Assembly (NCBI RefSeq): GCF_004010195.1
Contig: NC_057732.1
Location: 39,097,644 to 39,161,643 of the forward strand
Source of the DNA: Chiloscyllium plagiosum
Taxonomy: Eukaryota
Direction: 5' to 3'
Length of the DNA stretch: 64,000 nucleotides
Below the pieces are notes generated by a model, which was given only the letters and a program-made list of their open reading frames with translations, was not told the DNA's origin and did not search any database. The position numbers and the translations under genes are program-made. This document shows, one piece after another, positions 27,099-39,252 of the stretch. Each line of letters starts with the position of its first letter. The stretch's first letter is position 1.

Positions 27099-30000
27099 GT
27101 ACTTATTGAACTGAAGCGCTGTTTGTAATTGGGTGTGCATTAAACTTGAAGTTAGAGTTGCAGAAAACTATAGCGGAGAAATTTATCGTGAAAAGTAACA
27201 TTGCCAGTCACGATATGAATCAATTCTCTATAATTTAATTATTTCTCCACTGAGTTTTTAGTTACCACTGTTTTTTCAAACTAAAATAGGAGCTTTACAA
27301 TTTTGCCTATATCAGCTGCATTTAATATATTTACAAATATATATAAACTTTGTTTTTACTGATGTCTAAAGGAACTCCCACCCGGTTTTAATTGCCATTG
27401 TTTAATTTAATTGTGCAGCATGCCAAACCGTCTCTATGCTGATAAATGTAACTAAAATCTGTGGAAAACGTACTTAAACTTTCCAAAACAAATTTTGTAC
27501 CCGTTTGATTTCACTGGTGTTTAAATCACTTGTTCATGTGCCGCTCGTGAGGCCAGAGTTGATGTTCCTCAATTCACTTTTCATACAGTATTGTTTTGTA
27601 TCACTATAACATTTTTGTTGTAACATGGCATAATGTTTTCAGTTAGTAAGGTGGTTACAGACAATAATATCCTCCATTCTATATTATTTTGCTCTATATA
27701 AGTTTATTTTGTAAATAGATCTGCTTACTTGACCATTTCCCATATATTTCATTACCAGTGATGTTCTTATAATCACACACATTCGGCAACTTTGTGACCG
27801 TCTCTGACTTCTTAACACAATGTACAAAATTTCTCTGGTTTACTTTTAAACCCCTGTCGGAGCATCTTCAAAATTATGACCGAACAAGATTGAAAATATA
27901 TATAATATTTTGCATAAGAAACATAAGACACATTACTGTGAATACAGAAAAAAAACTCCTCTATTTGAACAAAGGGATTAAGTGAGTTAACTAGCCCTAT
28001 AACTGTAGTCCAGGCTTTTCATATATTCACATTCATTGCTAATAATGCATACATTTAACTTTTCTCAAGATGGACAGCGAGATTTACAACAGCTTGCGCA
28101 TCTTTCCGTCGAAAAGGGAGGCTTGATCTCGTTAGATTGTTTCCATTCAGTACCTAACCTACAAAGATTCGAAGCACGGTGGGTTTTCCGCAATAATAAC
28201 CAAGCACCTCCAAAGATCATTGCCAACCTATCGACCAGTGTATCCCAAGTGACTCATTATCGATATTTTGCAATGCATAATTTCCATAAGAAAGCATTCA
28301 CCTTAAGGATTACTGATGTTCAAGTCAGTGACACAGGACGCTACCACTGTGAGATGTTTCAGACCGCGCCTCCACCGAGTGGTAAAAGAATTGGCAAAGG
28401 AACGATGCTGAGTGTAACAGGTAACAATTTTACAATCGCATTCTTAATATGCCTTGGAATACTGGTGAAAACTTTAGCAGCAATGAATAAGTCATAAAGA
28501 TGAGACGCTTCAAGTTTGATCGCCACTCTATGCAGTTAGCTAATGTTAGCCAGCATGATGGTAGAATTGCTACACTTGACCCCAGGGCGCCAGGGTTTGT
28601 AAAGTTCTCAGTCTCAGTGCATTGTAAGAATTCCAGATGGAAATGTACATTAATAACAATGATGGAAGGCAGAAGGATCCTAATCCCCAGAACAGCTTTG
28701 TGGCTTTGACTTTCCAAGGTCAAACATGAAGAATATTCACAGGAGAAGTTCTGGAGAGAACCTCAGGTGCTGTACATCAGCAAAGGGTGATGTATTTTCA
28801 GAAATGATGAAGGGAAAATAATAATAGGAAAATGAGTCAAGAAAGTAAGTAACAAAAATAAACGGCAAAGCAACAGTCACACCAACGGTGCAAACTTAGA
28901 AAGCTATTATACATTTCCATCACAATAATTTACTCGTTTGTCGCGGGGAAATGGAGAAGAGACAATTATTCACCAATCTTTGGGATAAAAATGCTGGGAT
29001 ACGGACTTGTATCAGCATCAAATCGTAATATATAGGTTAAAATTCCATTTATTCTACTCTAAAGCGGATCATACTTTTCCCAATTCGTTAGCAGGATTAA
29101 TGCAAATGAAATAATGAGGAAAACTCTGACAGTACTAACAAATTTTCTCATTACTGAACACAACTTTCCTTCCTTGCCTACAATATTGAAGCAAAGATTT
29201 GTTGACTTCTTGAAGGTTTAGAAGTTCCCAACCCATCAACTTGGTTTTGGTTTGGTGATTCTACAGTCCGCCATAGAATCATAGGATCTCTACAGGTTTC
29301 ATGGAGTCCACACCGACCCTCCGAAGATCATCCCACCCAGACCCACTCAGTCCCTGTAACTCCACATTTCCCATGGCTAATCCACCCAGCCTGCACATCC
29401 CTGGGCATTACGGGGCAATGTAGCATGGCCAATCCATCCAATATGCACATCCTAGTAACATTCAGTTTGTTCTCGGCTTTGTAAAGACAGCCATGACACG
29501 CCCCTGCCGTTTTCTTTTAATAATTGTATATAAGTTGACAATTCCGCCGTAGGTTTCACCTCAATTCTCTCTTTAAAATAAAGAGCACACGGTAAACATT
29601 GCACTTGACAATAATTAAGTGACATTTCTTGATTTATGAGTTAAGCCTATCAACTTTTCGAAAACACTGGAAACAGGCAGCATGTCAGTGAGCACATCTG
29701 CAGAAGAAGGGACAAGTTAACATTTTAAGTATAATTCTTCAACAAATTTTTTGTACCCGCAGAGTTTTGTTTGACCTTTTCAGCGTGGTATATCATTGAA
29801 AGAAGCTAATTTCCTTTTGCAAAACGTTGGTGAGGGGCTGAGAACAGCAATGATTTTCCTCAGTGTCAATAAAATTTCATAATTAACCACGAAATTAAAA
29901 TATCTGCAGGGAACTCTACACATTGTGCCCGTCGCGCTCTTAACAAGTGTGTTAAGTCTTTGCTGAATTGAGTAATTACCAGCCACTCTTCTAACTTCAA

Positions 30001-33000
30001 CCATATGACGCTCTAATAATAAGAGTAGGAGAGGAGTCCTATGACGACCCCAGTGGCATCACCAACTTGACTTCAAGTGGGCATTTGCTGTTGTACCAGT
30101 CGATGCCGGGCGAATCACCAGTGTCCATTTGACACCGTTCTGCAAAATTAACCCGGCATGAACTGGGGAGTCGCTCTTTCGTGAGAACCTCCCGAATCCG
30201 TGTCTACAGGGTTGGGAAGAATCCACTCAAGTCAGACTTGTTGGGAATCCAATGTAGCTGACATGATTCGTGGGGTGGTGATGATATTGTTAGCGCTCTC
30301 GTGAGTGGTGCATACCTTGCTTATTCAATTAAGGCAATGGGAGGAAGGAATGGACAAAAGAAAACTGATAAGAGGTGGGAAGAAGACAAAACAGCAAGGC
30401 GCCGGGAGTTATTGGAGGGATAACATAGTGTTAATGGGGCAGGGACTGAAGAGCCTGGTGGAACTGTGAGTGGTTGAGCAAATAGAACATTGAGCAATTC
30501 GCATCCGATGCTAGAATAGGAGTCAGGCTGAAAATAGTAACAAATAATGGCAAATCTAACAGATCTGAAACAGCAAAGCAGATGGGATGGGAATAGAGTC
30601 GGTGGACCAAGAGGAATGTAAAATCAGGAAGAAGGGAAAGATTTCATGTGAGAAGTAAAGTGCAGTTGCCATTCTGGTGAAAGACTAAAACAAAACTAGA
30701 GAGTGAGTAAAAAGGAAAATATGTAAATAGTTGGTACCACTTAACCTGTGATTTATTACTAAAAAATCCCTTCTTTATGTTTAGATATCTGTTCAAGATA
30801 TCTGTTTACATAGTTTTAATAGCTTTGAAGTCTGAATGGTTCAATTGCACATTGAGCCGATATTAATCTGATTCTATTATTAATCTATTCTCTGCCCTCC
30901 TTTTTATAACTAGCTCCTCCTTCTCTTTGGCTATTTATATCTTCTAAAGAAACAGTTTCTTCATCTTCAGCTATAATCAACTGTTCAGCACATGATTTTT
31001 ATCCAAAAACAATCATAATGATGTTTCAAACAACCTGCCTCATCAACCAGCTCACCAATGAAAGCCAGATATCCAACCCTGATGGAATGTACAACTACAT
31101 AGCCATTGTTAATATCTCCACTGAAAACTGCAATAACTCAAACAAATTCACTTGTATAATTCAGCATCCTGCTTCACAATTCAAGACAAACCACACCATC
31201 CTCATTCATGTACACCCAAGAGATGAAGGTAAGATGTAACATTATCAACCTCTTCTGAATGTGTATCTGTGTTATTTTTCTTTTAATATGTGGTGGAAAA
31301 ATTGTTTCATTTGCTGTGGGTGAAATAGATGACGCACAATTTTGGGGCCAGAATATTACCAAGGATAGAGAATTGGCAAACTATCGGAAGACAGAGAGGT
31401 GGAGTAAAGGAGTAATTTTAAGAAGGGAACTTGCCACAGGGATCAATACTGGGATTGAAAAGCCTTTGCCTTTCTTCATCATATATACACCTCTAAGGTA
31501 AATTTGCCATAATTCTACTAGATCATAGGGCTGTTCTCTCATGAGAGAGAGAGAGATGATTGGTGGTGGTTTAGTCTGAGGGTCGCCATACCTCAAGCAA
31601 CCTGGGGGGGAAGAGGAGAGTCCTTCATAGAAACCTTAGCTGGACCAGGAATTGAACCAATGCTGTTTGTGTTACTCTGTATCCTAAATCAGCTATCCAG
31701 TCAACTGATCTAACCAAACCCCTTCAGTTTCCAAACTCAGTTCTGAAGAAGGGTCACTGGACTTGAAATGTTATCTCTGTTTTCTCTCCATAGATACTAC
31801 CAGACTTGCTGAATTTCTCCAGCAATTTGTCTGTTTGTTTCAGACTCCCAGCATCTGAGTTCTTTGCTTGATCTAAATGTATTCAATTTGAGTTTTAACA
31901 GGTTGTCTGCATAATTCATACACACTCATATTTTACAGATCATAATGGACATCTTTGGATGCTGCCATTCATTTTACTTTCCATTTGCGGTGGAATAGCT
32001 TGTACTATTCTTCTTGTGCTTTTTCTCATAAAATACATACATGGTAAGTGGTTCTCCAGCAAATAAAATACTGTAGTTTACTTCCTGAGGAACTTAATCT
32101 GTTTTCAAACACTGATAGTGCAACCGCAATTCTTACTCCCCCTTCCCCTGGAATCAGCTATCTACCAACATCCCATTAGATTTATTTATATTCACTCAAT
32201 TGACTGGAGATATAAAATATTATCATAATTACTAATAAAATACTCCAAGTTTTGCATCTCCCTGGTTAGGTGTATCTCTGCCTTTTGTACAAAATCTCTG
32301 ATTACAATCACCTTATGCAATCCCTTTAGTTGTTCAAAGTCTTGCATTGTACCAGTTGCTCAATTGCCTTTTTTCTAAAAGAACAGATTTTCGACAAACT
32401 CTGTTCATAATTAAGCTTATACGTGGATTTGGTTTTGATTCCACCTTTCTGATTCCAAACCACTGTCTCTAAATCCACTTGTAAATGATGTCTCACTGAT
32501 TGGGTACAATGTTCATTCTTTCATCACTTATTTAAGAATGTGGTCACCTCGTGTACTTTTTAAAGATCTTATTGTTATATGCCATATTAAACATTTATCA
32601 GGGAGTGATCATGACATGAATTATTTCCCCAGTCAAAAAACACTATTGCTCATGGGTTACTTTCATTTTGAACAATAATAGCTGAGATTACAGATTATGT
32701 ATGACGATCGCTATATTCTTCATCTGACATTTCTCTGAATGTTTAATTCTAAATAGTTTTTTAAAATTCACTAACTTTGATTCTATTTATGTATTATGCT
32801 ACTTTCCCATGATATAAAGACTGTACCAGTTGTGCTAAACACCAATACATCAAGATTTTACATGATTTAATTTAATAATATCCAATCATGAGCTTAAAGT
32901 TATCATCTATGATTCTCATTTGGACCTGGAGGTAACAAAACCAGATTACAATGTGTTCATAAGCAGCACATATATTTTGTTTGAAAAATATTAATAGGAG

Positions 33001-36000
33001 CTCATTTAAACATGGTTATCATGACCATTATAACAATATTTAAATAATACTAACAGTTGGCAGTTATGCTTTCCTTTATTAGTCAGAGTATTGAGTATAG
33101 GCGTTGGGAGGTCATATTGCAGCTATACAGGACGTTGGTTAGACCACTTTTGGATTATCACATACAATTCTGGTCTCCTTCCTATCGGAAGGATGTTGTG
33201 AAACTTGAAAGGGTTCAGAAAAGATTTACAAGGATGTTGCCAGGGTTGGGTGGTTTGAGTTATAGGGAGAGGTTGAATAGGCTGAGCCTGTTTCCCCTGG
33301 AGTTTCGGAGGCTGAGGGGTGACCTTCTAGAGGTTTATAAAATCATGAGGGGCATGGATAGGACATATAGACAAAGTCTTTTCCCTGGGGAGGGGGAGAC
33401 CAGAATCAGAACTAGAGGGCATAGGTTTAGGGTGAGAGGGGAAAGATATAAAAGAGACCTAAGAGGCAGCTTTTTCACGCAGAGGGTGGTGTGTGTATGG
33501 AATAAGCTGCGAGAGGAAGTGGTGGAGGCTGGTGCAATTGCAACATTTAAAAGGCATCTGGATGTGTAAATGAATGGGAAGGGTTTGGAGGGATATGGGC
33601 CAGGTGCTGGCAAGTGGATTAGGTTGGGATGTCTGGTCGGCATGGATGAGTTGGACTGAAGGGTCTGTTTCTGTCGCTGTAAATCTCTCTGACTCTAAGT
33701 ATTTTGAGTCAGCAACGGTTTGGACCGTGGTATTGCTGAACTCCCTGAATTATATGTAAGTTCAATTCAATGCTTCTTCTGCTTGTGGTTTAGGGGTTCC
33801 CTGTATGGGCGGGTCACAAGCACACTGAAGTTGGCAGGCCTGCTAAACAACTAAGATAAGATTTTGTTTTCTACCCCGAAGTGTTATCATACACAACTGA
33901 GTATCTTCCTATCACCAGAATCACTGTGACGTTTTGTTTTGCCTTTCTTTTAAACTAGCAACCATCACCTGTAAAAACATCCATGCAACTAATTGAACAT
34001 TTGCAAGCAAAGCCCTTTATGGACAATACAAACCATCAAATGAGAGAGGAAGGAGGATTAGGGAGAACAGGAAGGGACTAAATCAAAATGGTGTTGGAAG
34101 GGGAAATAAAGTACTATATCCCCAATAGTGCTAACCTCTCTCTAAAGGCATCACATGCTCCTTCTCCAATGACACTCAGGCACAAATATATCCAAGAACG
34201 CTGCAAGAGCCTAGAGAAGAAATTGCGGTGGCCTTGGCTGATATTTTTGCTTTATCATTAGCCACAGGTGACCAGGAAGGTTGAGGAGTGCAGGGCGGTG
34301 GACTATATAAATTTCAGTAAAGCCTTTGATTACAATGCACATGGTAGACTACTCTGGAAGGTTAGATTGCATGGGATCCAAGGTGAGCTGGCAAATTGGA
34401 TACAAAATTGGCTTGATGGTAGGAAGCAAAGGGTAATGGAAAGATGTTTGTCAGACTGGAGACCTGAGACTAGTGGAATGCCTCAGAGGTTGGTACTGGG
34501 CCCATTGCTGTTTGTTATCCATATCAATGATTTGCATGAGAATGTACAAAGCATGATTAGTAAGTTTGCAGATGACACTAAAATAGGTGGTGTTGTGGAC
34601 AGTGAGGAAGGTTATCAGAAATTGCAGCAGGACCTTGATCAGCTGGGGAAGTGGGCTGAGAAATGGCAAATGGAGTTTAATTTGGATAAGTGTGAGGTCT
34701 TGCATTTTGGAAAATCAAATCAAGGTAGAAGTTTCACTGTAAATGGTAAGGCCTTAAGGGGTCTGGTGGAACAGAGGAATCTTGGAGTTCTCTGAAAGTG
34801 GTGTCACAGGTAGACAGTACAGTGAAGAAGGCTTTTGGCACACAGGTCTTCATCAGTCAGGGCATTGAATATAGAAGTTGGGGAGTTATGTTGCAGTTAT
34901 ACAGGACATTGGTGAGGTCGCACTTTGAGTATTATGTTCAGTTTTGGTCACCTTGTTATAGGAAAGATGTTATTACACTGGAAAGGGTGCAGAAGAAATT
35001 TACAAAGATGTTGCCTGGATTCAAGTTATAGGGAGAGGTTGAACAAGCTAGAACTTTTGTCTTTAGAGCGTAGGAGACTGAGGGTGGATCTTATAGAGGT
35101 GGACAAGAACATGACAGGTATGAATGCACTCAGTCTTTTTCCCAGGGTTGGGAACTAGAGGGCATCAGTTTAAGGTTAGACGGGGAAAAAAAACAAAAGG
35201 GAGCCTGAGGGGCAATTTTTTTACATGGAGGTTGGTGCACATATGGAATAAGCTGCCAGCAGATGTGGTTGAGGTGGGTGCATTAACAACATTTAAAAGG
35301 CATTTAGACAAATACATGGATAGGAAGAGATTAGAAGGATATGAAACAAGTGCAGGGAAATGGAGTTAGCATGGATGAACATTTTGGTCAGCATGGATCA
35401 GTTTGGGCCAAAGGGCCTATCTCCGTGCTATAGGACTCTCTGACTCTATGACTCTATGGATGTAACTGCAGAAGAGGAGCAGACAGTCAGCAGAGATGAC
35501 TCCCTCCATAGCCTGCTGCCTGGACATGGTATAGCCAGCCCAACCAAGCCCAAGAACAGACCCACAAGAAAGCCCTCCAATCTGCCTACACTCCTCCATA
35601 CCAGATGTCCAAAAATCAGAAGTATAGAGCTGAAGCGTAATCAAAAACAAAACAAAATGTTTTACAAATAACTAAAGATGGGGTGCAAAAGTCCACAATC
35701 AACATAAATTTAGTCCCTGGACTCCACAGCGCCACAAAATAAACAGTTAAGGCTGTTAGTCCATGAACTACTGCAATCTGTGGTTATGCAGGACTGCTGT
35801 ATTCAATACCCTGCAGGTCTCTGATGGAAAGTGGGAGTGTCCCATGAAGAGAGCTCTTGATTGGGGTTCTCAATCACCTGGTAACAAATAATCAAGCCAA
35901 AGTATCCATGCAGCTGACGTAAGACTTGAGGTGGACGGTGTGCACCAGCAGCCTTTACAAAAACAAAAGCCTCTTTACAAGGTGGAAAGATATGCTACAC

Positions 36001-38908
36001 ATAAGAGGCATCTTAAGGGATAAATGTAGGGGAATGGGTCTGGGTGGGTTGCACTTCGGCGGGTCGGTGTGGACTTGTTGGGCCGAAGGGCCTGTTTCCA
36101 CACTGTAAGTAATCTAATCTAATCTAATCTCAGGTTGTGAGGGAGGTTAAGGACCCAAGATTTTTTTTGATACTGCAGTTAAACAATCTACTTGCTTCAA
36201 TGATCCAGTTGCTTGTGCAAGGGGAAACTTTCTGGCTGATCAGTGAGTCAACCAGTGAAACAGGGCCCAAAAGTCAACTTCTTTAATAAGTCACTCTTTC
36301 TTTAATTTCAGTTAGTTTCACAAGCAGCAAAATCACCAACATTCCTTTCCTTTCATCGACAATGACAATCTGCTGACCTAGACAGGTGCTAATTGCAACT
36401 TTCTTAACTAAACATTTTAATGGATCTGTTGGGCCATTATGACATTGGGGCAGGGACTCTAGTTTTGGGCCATAAAGTTAAAAATCACGCACAACAAGAC
36501 TGACCCCTCCACTTTTAAAAAAAAATTAACCTATTTTTCTAAACAAGCTGTTCAAAGATGTTATTACACCACCTCTGGAGTTGGTGGGACTTGAACCCAG
36601 GTCCTCGTCCAGGGGTAGCAACAAGACCTCTGCACCACAAGACCCACCCACCACCTTCATTTCCTTTCTCAATTTTTTTTTGTTTTTCAAAAACTGCCAC
36701 AATACCACTGCACCCAAGAGGGCCAGCACTAATGTTTATATTTTTCCCCAAATCAACTGTGGCAATTTTTTCCTCAGTGTCACAGTAAGAAGACACCATT
36801 GTGTGTATACATTAATATTCATTTTTTCCACCAGTAGGAAAACACCCATGTGGCCAATTGAATATTAACAAGCAAAGGCTGTTAAGGGCAATGTTGTCAT
36901 TAAAATGGGAGGGGGGGTGGCGGTGGTGATGATGTTAGGAGAGAAGGAGGGGCTTAAATCAAAATGGAGTTGGAGGCAGAAATAAAGTACTGTATCCTCT
37001 GTGGTACCCACCTCTCCCTAAAGGCATCCAGAGCATTGATGGACACACATGTTCCATCTCCAATGACCCCCAGGCTTGTCCCTCCACTTTCTTAATGAAA
37101 TGCTTAATTATTACAAAACAGACTTTTAGATGTCACAATTAAATGTTCAATGTTTCAGAGTTAATTGTACTACCAATGGTCCTCAACTAATAATTCAAAA
37201 ACACTTTTCATTTGTGTTTAAATCATTCCATTACGAATGAGATTAATAAATCATAAGTATTTCTTTCCAGGTTCCTTTTTGCTAACATTAATCTTTGTTG
37301 TCACAATTTGTAACCAAATTTAAGTAATTACATTAAGCAAATATATTAAGCAAATATATATTCTTCTCATGCACATTTGTACATGTTTTATTGTAAATCT
37401 TTCCCTTTGGTTTTTGCCTGGCGTCCAGAACCATTTCTGCCTTAATATTGTTTATACTTCTCATTTTTGTTTTGTTACACGTGAAGAAATCAAATCAAGA
37501 AAAATGAGTACAATTAAAGTAAAAAAATAAACATATGATTAAACATCAATGCACCTAACAACATACAATTATATTCTTCTATGTCATAATTTTTATTTTA
37601 TATAGGAAGAAAAGGAACTCAAGGAAGAAAAGGAAATCATGCAAGTAATCAAAGTTTGCGCTGTAGACAAGATAGCATCATAAATGTAAATTTAATTTTT
37701 ACAATATGGACACATAATTTAGGGTCCTAAAACCTGGCCTTATTCTTGATTCTTCTGCAACTACCTATTAAACATATTTAACAAAATTTTGTTCATATCC
37801 AACCAGGCCAGATAAAGCAGACTGACTTGGCAGAACACAGCATAGACTCATACAATCCCTACATTGTGGAAACAGGATATTCAGTTCATTGAGTCCACAC
37901 CAACCCTACAAAAAGCAGCCCACCTCCACCCAGCCCCCTACCCCATCCCTGTAACTCTGCAGTTCCCGTGACTAACCCACACAGCCTGAACATCCCTGGA
38001 CACTGTGGGCAATTTAGCATGGCCAACCCAGCTAAGCTGCACATCTTTGAACTGTGGGAGGGAACTGGAACACCAAGAGGAAACTCAAGCAGACACGGGG
38101 AGAATGTGCAAACTCTACACAGCCTCCCAAGGGTGGAATCGAACCTGAGTCCCTGGTGCTTTGAGGCAGCAGTAGTAACCACTGTACCACTATGCTGTCC
38201 CAAGCCAATGGCAGATAGCCAAACTTTTGATGAGTTAAGGAGGGTGGAGGATCGGAGCCCAGCCAGGAAAACAATAGGAATAGGTTTCAGCAAATGACCA
38301 GAAGGAACTGACACCAGGCGTTTGCTAGCAGGGGCTGATACTGAAAAACACAATAAATACATGAAAGAATAATATAGGTAGCAAGAATGTGAACATTTCT
38401 AGTCATAGATCTTTGCAATGACTGACAAATTGGGAACTGAAGCTATATGATAAGACCTAACTCAGATTAGTTTGATGGTACTAATTTTGAATGTCACAGT
38501 TGTTACAATATAAGCCATTTACTCACTGAAATCATTGTTAATATGTCAAAACATTTTTTAAAATTAACAAATTGAAATCACACCTTTGTCTGCTTGGCTC
38601 AGTTTATTTAATGAGAAATTCAGATGACAAGAGCAACAAAGTACAAAAAGTAAGAGATAAATTGAGGTAAAAAGAGTAACAGGTCCCGATTTTTAAAGTG
38701 TGCAGTTGGTATGAGTAATAGGTGCTCAGAAAATGAAGAACAGAAAATGTAAATACAAATGAATATCTTTCCCATTTTTCAGGAGGAGAGCAGCGGGAAT
38801 AATATATGTTATGCAGAACTGCAATTGGAAAACTTGCAGCAGACATTAAAACAAAAGGAAGAGGAGACTGTCTACAGTTCAGTGCTTCACTCAAATTCTG
38901 GTGAATAG
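27053..38908 (+). CDS. Gene 1 (whole model): VJ-C1-TM-ITIM/ITSM Ig-superfamily inhibitory receptor (SIRP-like / antigen-receptor-like), ~342 aa
   Basis: join(27053..27098,28070..28420,30914..31228,31939..32043,37606..37644,38603..38649,38783..38908). All introns are GT-AG with phases 1,1,1,1,1,0 and the frame is open throughout (1029 nt including stop). Confidence 0.85.
28070..28420 (+). CDS. Gene 1 exon 2: germline-joined VJ-type IgV domain
   Basis: tttctcaAG acceptor and ACAG|GTAACA donor; LDC (B strand), ARW (C strand), FTLRITDVQVSDTGRYHC (E/F strands), J-like IGKGTMLSVT. Confidence 0.95.
30914..31228 (+). CDS. Gene 1 exon 3: Ig C1-set domain
   Basis: Pyrimidine tract + tAG acceptor and GAAG|GTAAGA donor; APPSLWLF..INCSAHDFYPKTI..NPDGMYNY..FTCIIQHP carries the C1 motifs CxxxxFYP, NxDGxY and FxCxxxH. 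Confidence 0.92.
31939..32043 (+). CDS. Gene 1 exon 4: transmembrane segment
   Basis: ttttacAG acceptor and CATG|GTAAGT donor; DHNGHLWMLPFILLSICGGIACTILLVLFLIKYIH, with no charged residue in the membrane. Confidence 0.92.
33057..33697 (+). mobile_element. CR1/HER1 LINE 3' end in gene 1 intron 4
   Basis: ORF '[53 protein letters not shown]' followed by the CR1 3' UTR. Confidence 0.92.
34205..35455 (+). mobile_element. CR1 LINE RT and 3' end in gene 1 intron 4
   Basis: 'FSKAFD..GMPQRLVLGPLLFVIHINDL..ISKFADDTK..KWQMEFN'; (GACTCTAT)n-type tail. Confidence 0.92.
37606..37644 (+). CDS. Gene 1 exon 5: basic juxtamembrane cytoplasmic exon (GRKGTQGRKGNHA)
   Basis: T-rich tract + atAG acceptor; A|GTAATC donor, with an alternative in-phase donor after 37653; phase 1 to 1; basic stop-transfer residues. 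Confidence 0.6.
37845..38178 (-). mobile_element. HE1-type SINE in a gene 1 intron
   Basis: Reverse complement of the HE1 head, core and tail. Confidence 0.85.
38603..38649 (+). CDS. Gene 1 exon 6: cytoplasmic exon (IYLMRNSDDKSNKVQK)
   Basis: cctttgtctgcttggctcAG acceptor (alternative in-frame acceptor at 38624) and AAA|GTAAGA donor; supplies the phase 1 to 0 bridge needed to reach the ITIM exon. Confidence 0.6.
38783..38908 (+). CDS. Gene 1 exon 7: ITIM + ITSM terminal exon
   Basis: ctttcccatttttcAG acceptor; EESSGNNICYAELQLENLQQTLKQKEEETVYSSVLHSNSGE*. ICYAEL fits IxYxxL and TVYSSV fits TxYxxV. Confidence 0.88.
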   Translation, partial: EESSGNNICYAELQLENLQQTLKQKEEETVYSSVLHSNSGE

Positions 38909-39246
38909 GACACCCAAGAAGTACTGACATGGATCATTGGCTACCTTGTTTAAAGTAAGCTAGTTATAACAGTGACTAGAATTTAACATAAATAAGGCAA
39001 AGGCTTTGCTACTGGCATACAACATAGAGATGAAACAGGAAAGCTTTACACCGACCCCGAGTTTCCCTCCACTCTCCTGACTTAGAACTCTATCACTGTT
39101 CCTTCAGAGTCACAAGGTTTGACTCAGCTTCATACCTCCACCAGAAGGACTGCAGCAGTTCAAAAAAGCAGCTCAAAACTGCCTTGGGCAATTAGGGATA
39201 GACAATAACTGCTGGCCTAGCTAGCAACAAACAAATCAGTTGAACA

Positions 39247-39252
39247 AATAAA
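39247..39252 (+). terminator. Candidate polyadenylation signal for gene 1
   Basis: First AATAAA I found downstream of the stop (~340 nt), followed by T/GT-rich sequence; it lies at the tail of a repeat fragment. Confidence 0.4.

Noticed and set aside
27562-27609. Alternative leader ATG (MFLNSLFIQYCFVSL)
   Set aside because: Hits an in-frame TAA before any good phase-1 donor; the 27053 exon fits better.
28036-31239. A rearranging TCR/Ig light-chain V and C locus
   Set aside because: I saw no CACAGTG/ACAAAAACC RSS beside the V exon and no separate J segments. The J-like motif is in the same exon, the TM lacks TCR charged residues, and the tail is long with ITIM/ITSM.
27053-38908. Assigning the symbol PDCD1, NCR3, CTLA4 or SIRPA to gene 1
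   Set aside because: PD-1, NKp30 and CTLA4 have one V and no C1; NKp30 has a charged TM residue; SIRP-alpha has V-C1-C1. Orthology cannot be fixed without phylogeny and synteny.
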